From the NCBI GenBank assembly GCA_963822965.1, contig CAWGJT010000010.1, positions 64,001-128,000 of the forward strand: a DNA stretch of 64,000 nucleotides. Reading direction: 5' to 3'. Below are positions 1-11,100 of the stretch, piece by piece. The notes below the pieces were generated by a model. That model did not search any database. It worked only from the letters and a program-made list of their open reading frames with translations, and was not told where the DNA came from. The translations under genes and the position numbers were made by a program. The first letter of the stretch is position 1. The number at the start of each line of letters is the position of its first letter. This DNA comes from an uncultured delta proteobacterium (GTDB lineage: Bacteria; Myxococcota_A; UBA9160; UBA4427).

Positions 1-64
1 CGAGCACGAACAGGCAGACGAGAACGAAGATCGCCCGCCGGGATCTCCACGCGGCCGTACTCAC
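1..64 (-). CDS. 5' end of a probable secreted/membrane protein running off the left edge (partial)
   Basis: GTG at 64 overlaps the TGA of the upstream ORF (GTGA); translates [21 protein letters not shown], signal-peptide-like. Confidence 0.5.
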   Translation of the reverse strand, partial: MSTAAWRSRRAIFVLVCLFVL

Positions 65-1026
65 GATGCGTCTCCACGCGGCGGGCCACCGCCGCCCGCC
101 TCGAACAGCCGGTCGACCAGCTCTTCGAACGAGATGCGCTGGGCTCCGATCGGGGGCGAGAAACGGAACACGTCGTCCGGAAGCTCGGCGTTCGCTTGCC
201 AGTCTTGCAGGCTCGCGCGGAACTGCGGGCTCCCGGGCTCGTCCCGGTAGTCGATCACCAACCGCCGGGGCACGGGGGCGTCGCCCTGCTCGACGAAGAG
301 CTGGAAGTCGAGCGACGACGTGCGGAAGGCGAGCTGGTCGCAGGGCCTTCCGTCGAGCTCCACGGTCCCCACCTGCGCGCCCGACTCGATCAGCGGGGCG
401 AGCCGTGCGTAGAGGCCGGGCTCGAAGAGCTCGGCGAGGGGCAGGGGGGCGCCGAGCTCCTCCTCGAAACGTGCGAGTGCTTCCTCCAGGCTCCCCGACT
501 GCTCGGTCGACGCGTACACGTTCTGCGAGGGCGCCGCGGCGGAGAGGCGCGCTCCGTCATAGACGACCCACTCGACGGGACCGTCCCAGTAGGTGACCTC
601 CGCCCACAGTCGGTCCGGGCGCCGGAGCGCGATCCGGCGCTCGCTACCGAACTCGATCCGCTGCCCAGAGGCCTGCACGGCGTCGTAGCGGACTTCCGCC
701 CGCACACGGAAGGCGGCCAGCGACGCCAGATGGCGGGACATGCGTTCGAGGATCGCCAGGGCCGCGGCCGTCTCCGCGGGATCTTCCGCGGCCAGCGCGA
801 CCGCCGATTCCCCTGCGTCGCGAGCGGTGCCCCCGGGAAGCCATGAGCAGGCGCCCAGGCCGAAGCAGGCGCAGACACAAGCAACGAGCAGGAGACGCGC
901 GGCCCGGGTGGCACTCGCTCCGAGAGGGAGCCCGCTCACGAGACCCCGTGTCGGGAGAGCTTCGTCAGGGAGAGAGTCTTCCAGCAGAGCATCGTCGGGG
1001 AAAGCGTCGTCACGAGGAGCGATCAC
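61..1026 (-). CDS. DUF2092-family periplasmic/lipoprotein (LolA-like fold)
   Basis: Motifs 'RRPDRLWAE', 'VVYDGARLS', '[28 protein letters not shown]', '[12 protein letters not shown]' typical of DUF2092; hydrophobic stretch ending LGAC; true start uncertain. Confidence 0.8.
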   Translation of the reverse strand: MIAPRDDAFPDDALLEDSLPDEALPTRGLVSGLPLGASATRAARLLLVACVCACFGLGACSWLPGGTARDAGESAVALAAEDPAETAAALAILERMSRHLASLAAFRVRAEVRYDAVQASGQRIEFGSERRIALRRPDRLWAEVTYWDGPVEWVVYDGARLSAAAPSQNVYASTEQSGSLEEALARFEEELGAPLPLAELFEPGLYARLAPLIESGAQVGTVELDGRPCDQLAFRTSSLDFQLFVEQGDAPVPRRLVIDYRDEPGSPQFRASLQDWQANAELPDDVFRFSPPIGAQRISFEELVDRLFEAGGGGPPRGDAS

Positions 1027-1218
1027 GGGTCACGAGGAGGATTCCATGGCGCGGAGTATAGCCGCAGGGCGGCGGCCGACTCCCCGGGCGTCCGCGCGGG
1101 TTGCTCGCGCCCAGGCGAATGGCTCGGGAACGGCGCCCCACGGCGTTGTGAGCTAAACACCCGTCCCTCGACGGGACGTGTGAGCGCATCGCGATCCCCT
1201 CCGGAGAGTGCTGCCTCG

Positions 1219-2863
1219 ATGGCCATCGATCGACAGGTCAAGCGCGAGATCGAGCGTCGCCGGACGTTCGCCATCATCTCGCATCCGGACGCGGGCAAGA
1301 CGACCCTCACCGAGAAGCTGCTGCTCTTCGGCGGGGCGCTGCGCGAGGCGGGAGCGGTGCGCGCCCAGAAGGCCGCACGCCACGCGACGAGCGACTGGCT
1401 CGAGCTCGAGAAGCAGCGCGGCATCTCGGTGAGCAGCTCCGTGCTGCACTTCGACTACGAGGGGCTGCGGGTCAACATCCTCGACACGCCGGGTCACCGC
1501 GACTTCAGCGAGGACACCTATCGCACCCTGATGGCGGCCGACAGCGTGGTGATGCTGATCGACGCGGCGAAGGGCGTGGAGGCCCAGACCCGCAAGCTCT
1601 TCCAGGTGTGCCGCCTGCGGCGGATCCCGATCTTCACGTTCGTCAACAAGCTCGACCGGAACGGCCGCGAGCCGCTCGAGCTGATGGACGAGATCGAGTC
1701 GGTGCTGGGCATCGACGTCGCCCCGGTCAACTGGCCGATCGGCGCCGGCAGCGACTTTCGCGGCGTGTACGATCGGGAGCGCTCGCGCGCGCTGCTCTTC
1801 TCCGGCGGACACCACGGGGCCCAGCGGGTGGACCAGCGCGAGATCGGCGGCGGCCCTCGCGCAGCCGAGCTCGAGGCCGCGGTGGGTGCCCTCGCCGGCG
1901 AGCTCGCCGATTCACTCGAGCTGCTCGACGGCGCGCGGCGCCGCCGCTCGATCTCGGCACGCGTTCGCGCGGGCGAGCAGACGCCGATGTTCTTCGGCAG
2001 CGCGCTCACGAACTTCGGCGTGCAGCCCTTCCTCGAGGCCTTTCTCGAGATGGCGCCGGCACCGAGCGCGCGAGCTCTCGGACAAGGGCCCGATCCCGCC
2101 GGCCGAGACGCCCTTCTCGGGGTTCGTCTTCAAGATCCAGGCGAACATGGACCCGGACCACCGCGACCGCATCGCCTTCCTGCGCATCTGCTCGGGGCGC
2201 TTCGAGAAGGGCGCGAACGTGCGGCACGTCCGCACGGGCAACACGATCCGCCTGGCGAACTCGACGCTGCTGATGGGGCAGGGGCGTGAGGAGATCGTCG
2301 AGGCCTTTCCCGGAGACGTGGTCGGCCTCTTCGACCCGGGCATCTTCGCCATCGGCGACACGCTGTGTCAGGCGCCGAGCCAGGAGACCAGCTTCGAGTT
2401 TCCCGGCATCCCGAGCTTCTCGCCGGAGCACTTCGTGCGGGTGGACGTCGCCGGGGTGAGCAAGCGCAAGGCCCTGGCGAAGGGAATCGACCAGCTCGTG
2501 CAGGAGGGCGCCGTCCAGCTCTTCAACGACCCGATGGCCGCGAGCGCCACCCTGATCCTGGGCGCGGTGGGCCCGCTCCAGTTCGAGGTGCTGGCACACC
2601 GCCTCGCCAGCGAGTACCAGGTGGACCTGAAGCTCGTCCCGATGCCCTACACGGCGGCGCGCTGGCCCGTCGCGGGCTTCGATCCGAGCATGTTCAGCTA
2701 CAGCGAGACGGTTCGGGTGGTGCGCGACCGGGAGAACCGACCGGTTCTGCTCTTCAAGACCGCGTGGAGCCTCTCCGCCACCCAGCAGCGCCACCCCGAC
2801 CTGGTGCTCTCCGAGACGGCCGACCAGCGGCAGTTCTCGAAGGACCTGGCCGCGCTGCGCTAG
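1219..2863 (+). CDS. prfC: Peptide chain release factor 3 (frame slip near 2070-2085, probably an assembly error)
   Basis: [38 protein letters not shown] and NKLD in ORF 1180-2289; C-terminal half ([33 protein letters not shown]) continues in ORF 1886-2863. Confidence 0.93.
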
Positions 2864-2892
2864 GGGCTTTCTCGTGCGGAGGAACCGCCGAC

Positions 2893-3321
2893 CTACGAGC
2901 CGGTACCGGGCGCGGAGGCGGGTTCCTTTCGGATGCGCAGGACCACGTGGGCGTCCTCGGCGATGGGCTCCGACAAGGTGCCCTGGATCTCGGCCCGGGA
3001 TCGCGTGGGGAAGACCTCGGCGACCTTCACCCAGCCGATGGGGTGCTCTCCGTTCTGGATGAGGCCCCAGGATCCCGGTCGAAGCGGAGCCCCGTCGCTG
3101 CCCAGGTTCACGATCACGCCGACGGGCTGGCCGTTGTCCGACTCGACGTCCAGGATCGCGGCGTGCCGGTACTGCGGCCCGGTGTCGGTCTGGGTCGCGC
3201 TCGCGGAGACGTCGGGCAGCGGCTGGCGCGTCGTTGCCTCGCTGGCGCAGCCCGAGAGCGCCGCGATGATCAGGGTCGTTCCCAGACCCAGGGTCATGCT
3301 CGATTGCGCCGTGTTCCTCAT
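2893..3321 (-). CDS. Hypothetical lipoprotein
   Basis: Signal peptide with lipobox LSG-C; small beta-rich domain (VIVNLGSDG..LRPG..G......IGWVKV.EVFPTRSRA). Confidence 0.65.
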   Translation of the reverse strand: MRNTAQSSMTLGLGTTLIIAALSGCASEATTRQPLPDVSASATQTDTGPQYRHAAILDVESDNGQPVGVIVNLGSDGAPLRPGSWGLIQNGEHPIGWVKVAEVFPTRSRAEIQGTLSEPIAEDAHVVLRIRKEPASAPGTGS

Positions 3322-3604
3322 ACCGTTCGACCCCGACCCAGCTCCGGATTGGCCCCAGGCGCCGCTGCCCCTTGGGATGTCCGGCAGGTCGGGCTGGTTC
3401 CCTGACAGTCCCCAGGGGACCGGGAATGGGGGCCGGGAACGCCTCGCCTGTCTCGCCTGGCTGCGCGATCCTTCCCCTCGACAGGGGCGGCGGGGCGCGA
3501 GCGACGGACCGCGGGCTCGTCACCCCACTCCGCGAGCAGGGACCTGCCGTGGCGATCTCTTCGCTGGGGTTTCGCTACTCGCCCTGCCGAACGGAACGGC
3601 GCGC

Positions 3605-6600
3605 ATGATCTTTGCGTTCGGCGAGTACGAGCTCGACGAGGAGCGTTTCGAGCTCCGGCGGTCCGGCTGCCCGGTCGAGGTGCAGCCGAAGGTGCTTGCG
3701 ATCCTGCTGCATCTCGTGCGCCACCGGGATCGAGTCGTCTCGAAGAAGGACCTTCTCGCCGCGGTCTGGCCGGACACGGTGGTCACGGAGAACTCGGTGG
3801 CGCGCGCCGTGAGCCTCGCTCGCCTCGCGGTCGGCGACCGGGTCGCCAAGCCGGTCGCGATCGTCAACGTCGCACGCCGAGGCTACGCCTTCCGGATTCC
3901 CGTGCGGGTCCTGTCTGCGGGTGCGGGTCGGCTCGTCGGCGAGAACGAGTCGCGCGAATCCCGCTATGTCGGTCGCGCCCAGCTCCGCGCACGGCTGCAC
4001 GATGCGCTCGACGACGCCCTCTCCGGCAGCGGGCGGGTCCTCTTCCTCGCCGGCGAGGCCGGCATCGGCAAGACCCGCACGGCGGAGCTCTTGATCGAGC
4101 GCGCGCGCGCGCGCGGCGCCGCGGTGTCAGCGGGCTCGGGCCAGGAGGACGACGCCACGACCTACCAGCCCTGGATGCGCCTCCTGCGCGGTGTCGCGTC
4201 GGCTGCTCCGGGCGCCCGGGGCGACCTTTCGCCCGAGCAGCGCAACGATCTCGCGCTGCTCCTGCCCGAGCCCGGCGTGGCGCCTCCCGCCGCGGATTCC
4301 TGCGATGCAGTCGCGGAGGGAAACCGTCTCCCGCTCTTCGAGGCAGTGCTCGCCTTCTTGGCGCGTGCCGCCGCGTTGGTGCCTCTCGCGCTGTTCTTCG
4401 ACGACCTGCACGCGGCCGACACCGAGTCCCTGGCACTGCTCGAGTTCGTCTCGCAGGGAATCGGCGCCCTGCCGATCGCGCTGATCGCCACGCGCCGCGA
4501 GCCCGAAGCGCGCCGCGCGCCGGAAACCGATCGCAAGGCAGACGCAGACCGTGAGCAGGAAGGGAGCCGCACGCCGCAGCGCTCTCGCTGGATCGATCGT
4601 CTCCTGCGCGCGACGACGCTCGAGCGCTGGCCGCTGGACGGATTGCGGCGCGAAGAGATCGAGGCCTTCGCGCGGCTGCACCTGGGACGGGAGCCGGCCC
4701 CGGCGCTGGTCGTCGCCCTCGAGCAACAGACGCAGGGCAACCCGCTGCTGCTCGGCGAGAGCCTGCGCTCGCTCGAGGCTCGCGGATTGATCGCGGAATC
4801 GCGCACGAGCGACGAGTGGGAGGCGCTCCTCCCGAGCGGGATCCGACACCTCTTGCAGCCGAAGCTGGAGGGGCTCTCGCCAGACGGGCGGGAGCCCCTC
4901 GGATGCGCGCTCGCGTTCGGAGTCGAGGTGGAACGGGCGCTACTCCGTCGCTGCGTGGCCGATCCGGCCGCCCTCGATCGGCACGTGCAGGAGTGGGAGG
5001 AGGCCGGCTTCGTGGTCGCGAGCGCCGATGCCGCCCGGCTGCGCGTCTCGCACGTGCTCGTACGGGAGGCGCTGTACGCCGAGCTGGTCCCGCCGGGCGA
5101 CGCCCGCCGCGCGGTCCACGCGCGCATCGCGGCGGTGCTCGAGGAGCAGGGGAGCTCGTCGCCCGAGTCCGTCGCCGCGCGAGCGCGCCACGCGTGCGAG
5201 GCGGTACCCAGCGTGCCGGTGTCCAAGGCCGTCGCGCTCGCCGAAGCCGCGGCCGCGCAGGCGACGCGCCTCGCCGATTTCGACGGCGCCGCCGCGTGGC
5301 ACCAACGCGCGCTGGACGCGCTGGAGCGCGGCGGCTCCGACGACGTCGAAGCGCGCATCGGCGTGCTGCTGGGCTTCGGCGCGGCGCAGACGCGCGCGAG
5401 TGGTGCCGAGCGCGCCCAGGCGAGCTACGGAACCGCGGGAGATCTCGCCCGATCGATCCGGCGCTTCGACCTCTTCGGCGAGGCGGCCCTGGGCTTCGCG
5501 CACCAGCCGAGCGCCAGCGGGCAGAGTGATCCCGAGGTCCTGGATCTCCTGGAGGAAGCGCTCCAGCAGCTTCCGCCCGCACACGAGGCGCTGCGGATCC
5601 GCCTGCTCGCGAGGCTCGCGGCCGAGCTCCGCTACCTCGATTCGCGGCGCGCGGAGGCGCGGATGGACGAGGCGCTCGCGGCGGCCCGACAGCTCGGCGA
5701 CGCCGAGGTACTGGCCCAGGCGCTCGAAGACTGCTCCTTCCTGCGCTGGAGCCCGGCCGACACCGAGGGGTGGATCGCGCTCAACAGCGAGATCGTGCGC
5801 ACGGCGCGGGCCGCGGGCGATCTCGAGCTCGCGCTGCGCGGGCAGAAGGGCCGCGTCACCGGGCTGCTCGAGCTCGGCGACCTGGTGGGGGTCGACCGCG
5901 AGCTGCGCGCCTGCGAGCGCACGGCGGGGACGCTGCGAACGCCCTACGCCCGCTGGCTGGTGGCGACACTCGGCGCCATGCGTGCACTGCTGGACGGCGA
6001 TCTGGGCGGGGCCGAGCGCCACGTGATGGAGGCCCACGCCCTCGGCCAGCGCGTCGAGTCCACGGACGTCGCGGTCGAGCTGCAGGCACAGGTCGTCTAC
6101 CTGCGGCACGAGCAGGGCCGCACCGCCGAGGTCGAGCCGGCGATCCGTGCCCAGGTGCAGCGCTTTCGCGAGGCACCCGCGTGGCGCGCGGTGCTGGCGC
6201 GGGCGCTGGTCGCGACGGGCCGTATCCCCGAGGCACGCCGCGAGCTCGGGGTGCTGGCGCGGCGCGGATTCGCGGACGTGCCCCGCGACCGGGGTTGGCT
6301 GATGACCCTGGCGCTGGCGGGCGAGGTCGCAGCGGCCACGGGAGACGAACGGGCGGCGGCGGCGCTCGAGCGGCACCTCATCCCGTACGCGCGTCTGGCC
6401 GTAGTGGGAGGGAGCGGCGGGCTCTACTACGGCTCGGTGGCGCATCATCTCGGTGTGCTCGCGGCCGCGCGCTCGGAGTGGGACGCTGCGCTCGGACATC
6501 TCGAGGCGGCGCTCGCTCGCGAGGTGCGCGCGGGCGCCCGGCTGTGGGAGGCGCGCACGCGGCTCGCTCGGGCCCGGGTGCTGCGCGATCGGGGCGACCC

Positions 6601-6763
6601 GGCCGACCAGGACCGCGCCGGCGCCCTCGTCGCCGAGGCTTCCGCGGCAGCGTCGGCGCGTGGCTGGTCGGCGGTCGCGGCCGAGGCGCAGGAGCTCGCG
6701 GCCGGCCCGCCGCCGTCCCCCTCACTGCCGCGGCACTCGGGAAGGCGCGCCCGCAGCTCGTAG
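3605..6763 (+). CDS. Winged-helix (OmpR/PhoB-type) - AAA/STAND ATPase - TPR-like transcriptional regulator
   Basis: N-terminal MIFAFGEYELDEERFELRRSG...VSKKDLLAAVWP...RRGYAF; Walker A GEAGIGKT; Walker B LFFDDLH; GNPL motif; long Ala-rich helical C-terminus. ATG 3605 chosen over the longer ORF start. Confidence 0.88.
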   Translation: MIFAFGEYELDEERFELRRSGCPVEVQPKVLAILLHLVRHRDRVVSKKDLLAAVWPDTVVTENSVARAVSLARLAVGDRVAKPVAIVNVARRGYAFRIPVRVLSAGAGRLVGENESRESRYVGRAQLRARLHDALDDALSGSGRVLFLAGEAGIGKTRTAELLIERARARGAAVSAGSGQEDDATTYQPWMRLLRGVASAAPGARGDLSPEQRNDLALLLPEPGVAPPAADSCDAVAEGNRLPLFEAVLAFLARAAALVPLALFFDDLHAADTESLALLEFVSQGIGALPIALIATRREPEARRAPETDRKADADREQEGSRTPQRSRWIDRLLRATTLERWPLDGLRREEIEAFARLHLGREPAPALVVALEQQTQGNPLLLGESLRSLEARGLIAESRTSDEWEALLPSGIRHLLQPKLEGLSPDGREPLGCALAFGVEVERALLRRCVADPAALDRHVQEWEEAGFVVASADAARLRVSHVLVREALYAELVPPGDARRAVHARIAAVLEEQGSSSPESVAARARHACEAVPSVPVSKAVALAEAAAAQATRLADFDGAAAWHQRALDALERGGSDDVEARIGVLLGFGAAQTRASGAERAQASYGTAGDLARSIRRFDLFGEAALGFAHQPSASGQSDPEVLDLLEEALQQLPPAHEALRIRLLARLAAELRYLDSRRAEARMDEALAAARQLGDAEVLAQALEDCSFLRWSPADTEGWIALNSEIVRTARAAGDLELALRGQKGRVTGLLELGDLVGVDRELRACERTAGTLRTPYARWLVATLGAMRALLDGDLGGAERHVMEAHALGQRVESTDVAVELQAQVVYLRHEQGRTAEVEPAIRAQVQRFREAPAWRAVLARALVATGRIPEARRELGVLARRGFADVPRDRGWLMTLALAGEVAAATGDERAAAALERHLIPYARLAVVGGSGGLYYGSVAHHLGVLAAARSEWDAALGHLEAALAREVRAGARLWEARTRLARARVLRDRGDPADQDRAGALVAEASAAASARGWSAVAAEAQELAAGPPPSPSLPRHSGRRARSS

Positions 6764-7417
6764 AACTCGTACTAGTCGTCGAGGCCAGGCGCGCCGGCCC
6801 GTGAACCAGGCCATGAGTCCGAGCGCCAGCGCGAGCGCCACCTGCCCCGGTCCTCCCAGGGCCGGCACCCGGGGAGCGGTTCCTGCCGGGGTCACCTGCG
6901 CGCTCCCGAACGACGGCGGTGCGAAGCCGCCCACCCCGACGAGCGGGCCTGCCACCGAGTCGTCCTCCCGCGTCGTGACCGTCGACGAGGCGCTCGCGAG
7001 GACGTGGAGGTGCAGCTGCCCGACGGTGTGGGCCCCGCTGATGGCCGGGAAGGAGAAGGTATCGACCGCGAAGGCCACCAGGATCCCCGGCCCGGTGAAG
7101 CTCGCGCAGGCCGAGCTCGCCGACGGACACACGAGCCGCAGGGCGGGGTCGTCGGGGAAGCTCGCGTCGAAGAGGAAGGCGTCGAAGGCGAGGTGAGACG
7201 GGTCGACGCCGACCACGATGCCGCCGCCGAGCGAGGGGTCGGCGAAGTCGATGAGCAGGTCGAACGAGACGATGTCGCCCGAGCCGGCCGCCACGACCGC
7301 CGGTGTCAGGGTGACCGAGTTCTGTGCCGCTGCCTGTCCAGCGAGCAGGAGCCCCACGGCCAGGCTCGCGGCCAGGGGCAGGGTCCCGCGTCGAACCGGC
7401 GGTCTTCTTCCTTCCAT
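6722..7417 (-). CDS. Secreted protein with cohesin-like beta-sandwich and IPTL-CTERM-like sorting tail
   Basis: Signal peptide ending AQA-AA; 'VTLTP......GDIVSFDLLIDF....LGGGI.V..DP'; tail VPALGGPGQVALALALGLMAWFTGRR (VPxL + TM + basic). Confidence 0.7.
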   Translation of the reverse strand: MEGRRPPVRRGTLPLAASLAVGLLLAGQAAAQNSVTLTPAVVAAGSGDIVSFDLLIDFADPSLGGGIVVGVDPSHLAFDAFLFDASFPDDPALRLVCPSASSACASFTGPGILVAFAVDTFSFPAISGAHTVGQLHLHVLASASSTVTTREDDSVAGPLVGVGGFAPPSFGSAQVTPAGTAPRVPALGGPGQVALALALGLMAWFTGRRAWPRRLVRVLRAAGAPSRVPRQ

Positions 7418-7567
7418 CTTCTCTCTTCTCTCTCCCCCTCTCCGTACTACCACATCGCCCCGAGCGAACGGCGGAGGGCGCGGTGACGGTGGTGTCTGAT
7501 CATCGAAAGATCAGAGTTTCACCTCAGCCACTGTGGGAAACTCGCGGTCGGCCCAGCAGAGCAGGGG

Positions 7568-10500
7568 GTGCCGCCCGGGGTGAAACAGCTGAAGCGGGTC
7601 AAGCAGGGCAGGCAGGCCCTCCGCGCGCTGCGCGGCTGGAAGCGCGCCCTCGCCAGGCACCGGTCGGCAGGAGACCGGGGGGTGCGCTCGCGCTTCGAGC
7701 TCGAGCCCCTCGAGCCCCGCATCCTGCTCTCCGTCGATCCGTTGGGGGTCGATCCCGATCCGCACGCCCTTCTCCTCCCCCCGCTCGCGGTGCTGCAGGC
7801 CGACGTGGCGGGCGTCCCGGAGGCCGCCACGGACGACCCCGGCGGCTCCGGAACAGGCGTCGTGGCGCCGATCCTGCCCCCGAGCATGAACGGGGTCTCC
7901 GTCACGACGACGGGCGACCCCGAGTGGAAGGAGCAGGGCCCGGCGCCCATCACCGGCGGCTTCACCACCGAGGTGGGCGCGGTGGAGGCCATCTCCGTCG
8001 ACCCGGCCGACCCCAACCACGTGGCGCTGGGGACCGTGGGCGGCGGCGTCTGGATCACCCAGAACCTGCGCAACGTCGGTGGGCCCCAATGGGAGACCAC
8101 CACCGACCAGCTGCCGTCCCTGGCGATTGGCTCCATCGCCTGGAGCCCCCTCAACCTGGACGCGAGCGGCAACGTCACCTCCGCCGTGGTCCCCAACAGC
8201 GGCGTGAAGGCCCAAACCCTCTATGCCGGCACCGGCAGCTTCAGCAACGGCGACGACCAGGTCGGGGCCTCGGTGGGCGTCTATCGCTCCACCGACGGGG
8301 GCCAGACCTGGTCGGTCGTCGGCACGAAGGACCTCACCGGCCTCAAGATCCGCACCATCGTCCCCACCACGCTCACCGAGAACGGCAAGCAGGTCCTGCT
8401 CGCCGCCACTTCCGGCGACCTGCGCACGGCGGGGAGCTCGCAGGAAGGCCTCTGGCGCAGCACGGACTCGGGCGAGACGTGGACCCGGATCGGCGACAAC
8501 AAGATCTTCACGGGGACGATCGCGACCGTGAACGGCGCCACGGTCACGTTCACCGAGAACCCCGGATGGCAGGTCGATCAGTTCGCGGGGCAGACGGTCT
8601 CGGTCGTCCCCACGGACACGTCGATCCTCGCCGGGGCGAACGACAAGCTGACGAGCAATACCGCGAACTCGCTGACCTATCCGAGCGCCGCCGACCTCAC
8701 GGGCCTCACGGCTGGCACCCAGGTCGTGGTGTCCCTCAACGCCTGGGTACAGTCCGCCCAGGCCTCGGCGCTCGTGGCGGACCCGATCGCCGCCGGCGGC
8801 GACGCCTTCTACGCCGCCTTCCCGCAGTTTGGGATCGTGAAGAGCGTCCCGGGTACCAAGGGCGCTCAGTGGGTGCCGCTCAGCGTCCTCACGGACAACA
8901 CGCTGCTGGACTCCCAGCGGATCGAGCTCGCCGTCAGCCAGGCCCCGGGAGGCAGCCCGGGCAGCGGCGTCATCTACGCGGCCACCCTCAGCTATCAGTC
9001 GCACATCACCGCGTGGAACGCGGCGACGAGGACGCTGACGGTCGAGCGGGCCGAGGTCTTCCAGGCGGGCGACACCATCAAGGTGCAGCTCACCGACCCC
9101 GGCGGGGCCCTCAAATACCAGGACGCGACGGTCACGGCCACCAACTGGGCCGCCCACACCGTCACCGTCGACACCGACCCCAAGACAGCCGGCAACCAGT
9201 GGGGCAATGCCGCTGCGCCGGACACGTCGGGCAATGGGACGGCCGAGATGCCGAGCCTGAATGACCTGCGTCCCTCCGCGCTGCTCCGCTCGGACGACGG
9301 GGGCGCGACGTGGACCGCGCTGAACGTCCCGTCGAGCATCGAGACGGTCACCGTGAACGGCGTCATGTCGAACACGATCATCGGCTCCAACCCCGGCAGC
9401 CAGGGCATGACCAACTTCTCCTTGCTGGTCGATCCCACCAACGCCGACAACCTCTACGCTGCCGGCGACACGCAAATGGTCGACAACTACCTCGGCACGG
9501 ACGACTACGTGTCGCGGTCGTTCTTCGGGGTGGTCTCCGGCGGGACGGTGCAGTGGCACCCGGTGGTGGGCGACGGCAATCTCAGTCCCGGCGACGCCCT
9601 GGACGGCGCGAACGGCACGGCGGCCCACGCCGACTCGCGCGACATGGCCTGGAGCATGGGCGAGCTGCTCGAGGCGGACGACGGCGGCGTCTACCTGCTC
9701 GCGTCACCCTCGACGGCGGCCCGCTTCTGGTCGTCCATGAACTACAACCTGGGGCTCGACGAGCTCTACTCCGTCGCCTACGACCCGGTGAACCACGTCA
9801 TCCTGGGAGGAGCCCAGGACCAGGGTGCGCTGCGCCAGCGCACCGTGCACGGCCAGACCTGGCTCGAGTTCCTCGGCGGCGACGGCACGATCGTCGCCGT
9901 CGCGCCGTTGGCGGCGATCGCGCCCGACGTGACGACCACGCCCGCGCAGGTCCTCGAGTACTTCGCCCTCGACTCGCTCGGACTCTTCTCGCGAATCATC
10001 GCCAACGGGATCGATGATTCGATGCCTCTCGACTTCGATGTCGACGACTCCAGCGAAGCGACCTGGCTGAGCCTCAAGAATCTGCCGATCGGCAAGAAGA
10101 CGCTCGACGAGGCCTTCGCGTTCAGGACCCCCTTCGCGCTCAACGCGGCCAATCCCGCCCGGATCCTGATCGCCGACAAGGCCGGCCACCTGATCGACCT
10201 GCGCCAGGGGACGGCCGTCGGGAACGTGGTGAACTTCACCTCGACCTGGAAGCGTCCCGATCCGCCGTCGGGGAAGAAGCATGCAGCAGTGGTGACGGCC
10301 CTGCTGTCGGGCGGCTGGGAGCGGGTCGGGGGGGTGCTGAAGGGGCGGGAGAACGTCGCCTACGTGGCGTTCGTCCGACAAGAAGCTCTTCGTGCGCGGC
10401 GTCACCGGCGACTACAAGCGCGCCAGGATGAAGGACTACAAGGGGACGGCGATCGTCGACCTCGTGACCGACCCCTTCAACTGGAAGACGGTGTTCGCGC

Positions 10501-11100
10501 TCGACAGCAACGACCACGTCTGGCGCTCGAGCGACGCCGGGGACTCCTGGACCGACATCTCCGGCAACGTCGCTCGCTCTCGCGCGATCTCCGGACCATC
10601 GAGTACGTGAACCCGACCGAGGCCGCGGGCGACGAGGGGCTGCTGGTCGGCGGCCAGGGCGGGGTGTTCCGTCTGCTCGACCCGGCCAACGCGACGAGCG
10701 CGTCGGCGCAGTGGAGCGAGTTCGGCCGGTCGAATGCCCAACACCACGGTCAACGACCTCACTGGGACCGCTTCGACAACGTGCTGGTCGCCGGCACGGC
10801 GGGGCGCGGCGCGTGGGAGATCTCGCAGATCGACACCGAGATCGCTACCCGCAGCACCCTCACGATCACGGGCACCTCCGGCGACGACACGATCCGGCTG
10901 GTGCGCGCCGCCTCCAATCCGTCGCTGCTCGAGGTGCACGTCGCCGGCGTCGGCGGCGCCCCCGAGAAGGTGGGCCAGATCCAGCTGTCGACCTTGCAGG
11001 AGATCCACGTCGCGGCCTCGGCGGGCAACGACACGGTGATCCTCGACCAGAGCAACGGCGTGATCGGCGTCCCGGGCGACGAGCTTCGCGAGCTGGCTCG
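7568..11100 (+). CDS. Giant protein segment 1: LEPR-XLL leader + BNR/Asp-box (sortilin/xyloglucanase-like) beta-propeller
   Basis: Basic leader then [13 protein letters not shown] (7694-7732); Asp-boxes [65 protein letters not shown]. Confidence 0.8.

Noticed and set aside
2060..2100. Programmed frameshift in the release-factor gene
   Set aside because: Programmed +1 shifting is a prfB feature (CTT TGA); no such site here, and many similar slips nearby suggest sequence error
2933..3604. N-terminal 224 aa of the 1276-aa ORF
   Set aside because: Overlaps the opposite-strand lipoprotein; the wHTH domain begins at ATG 3605
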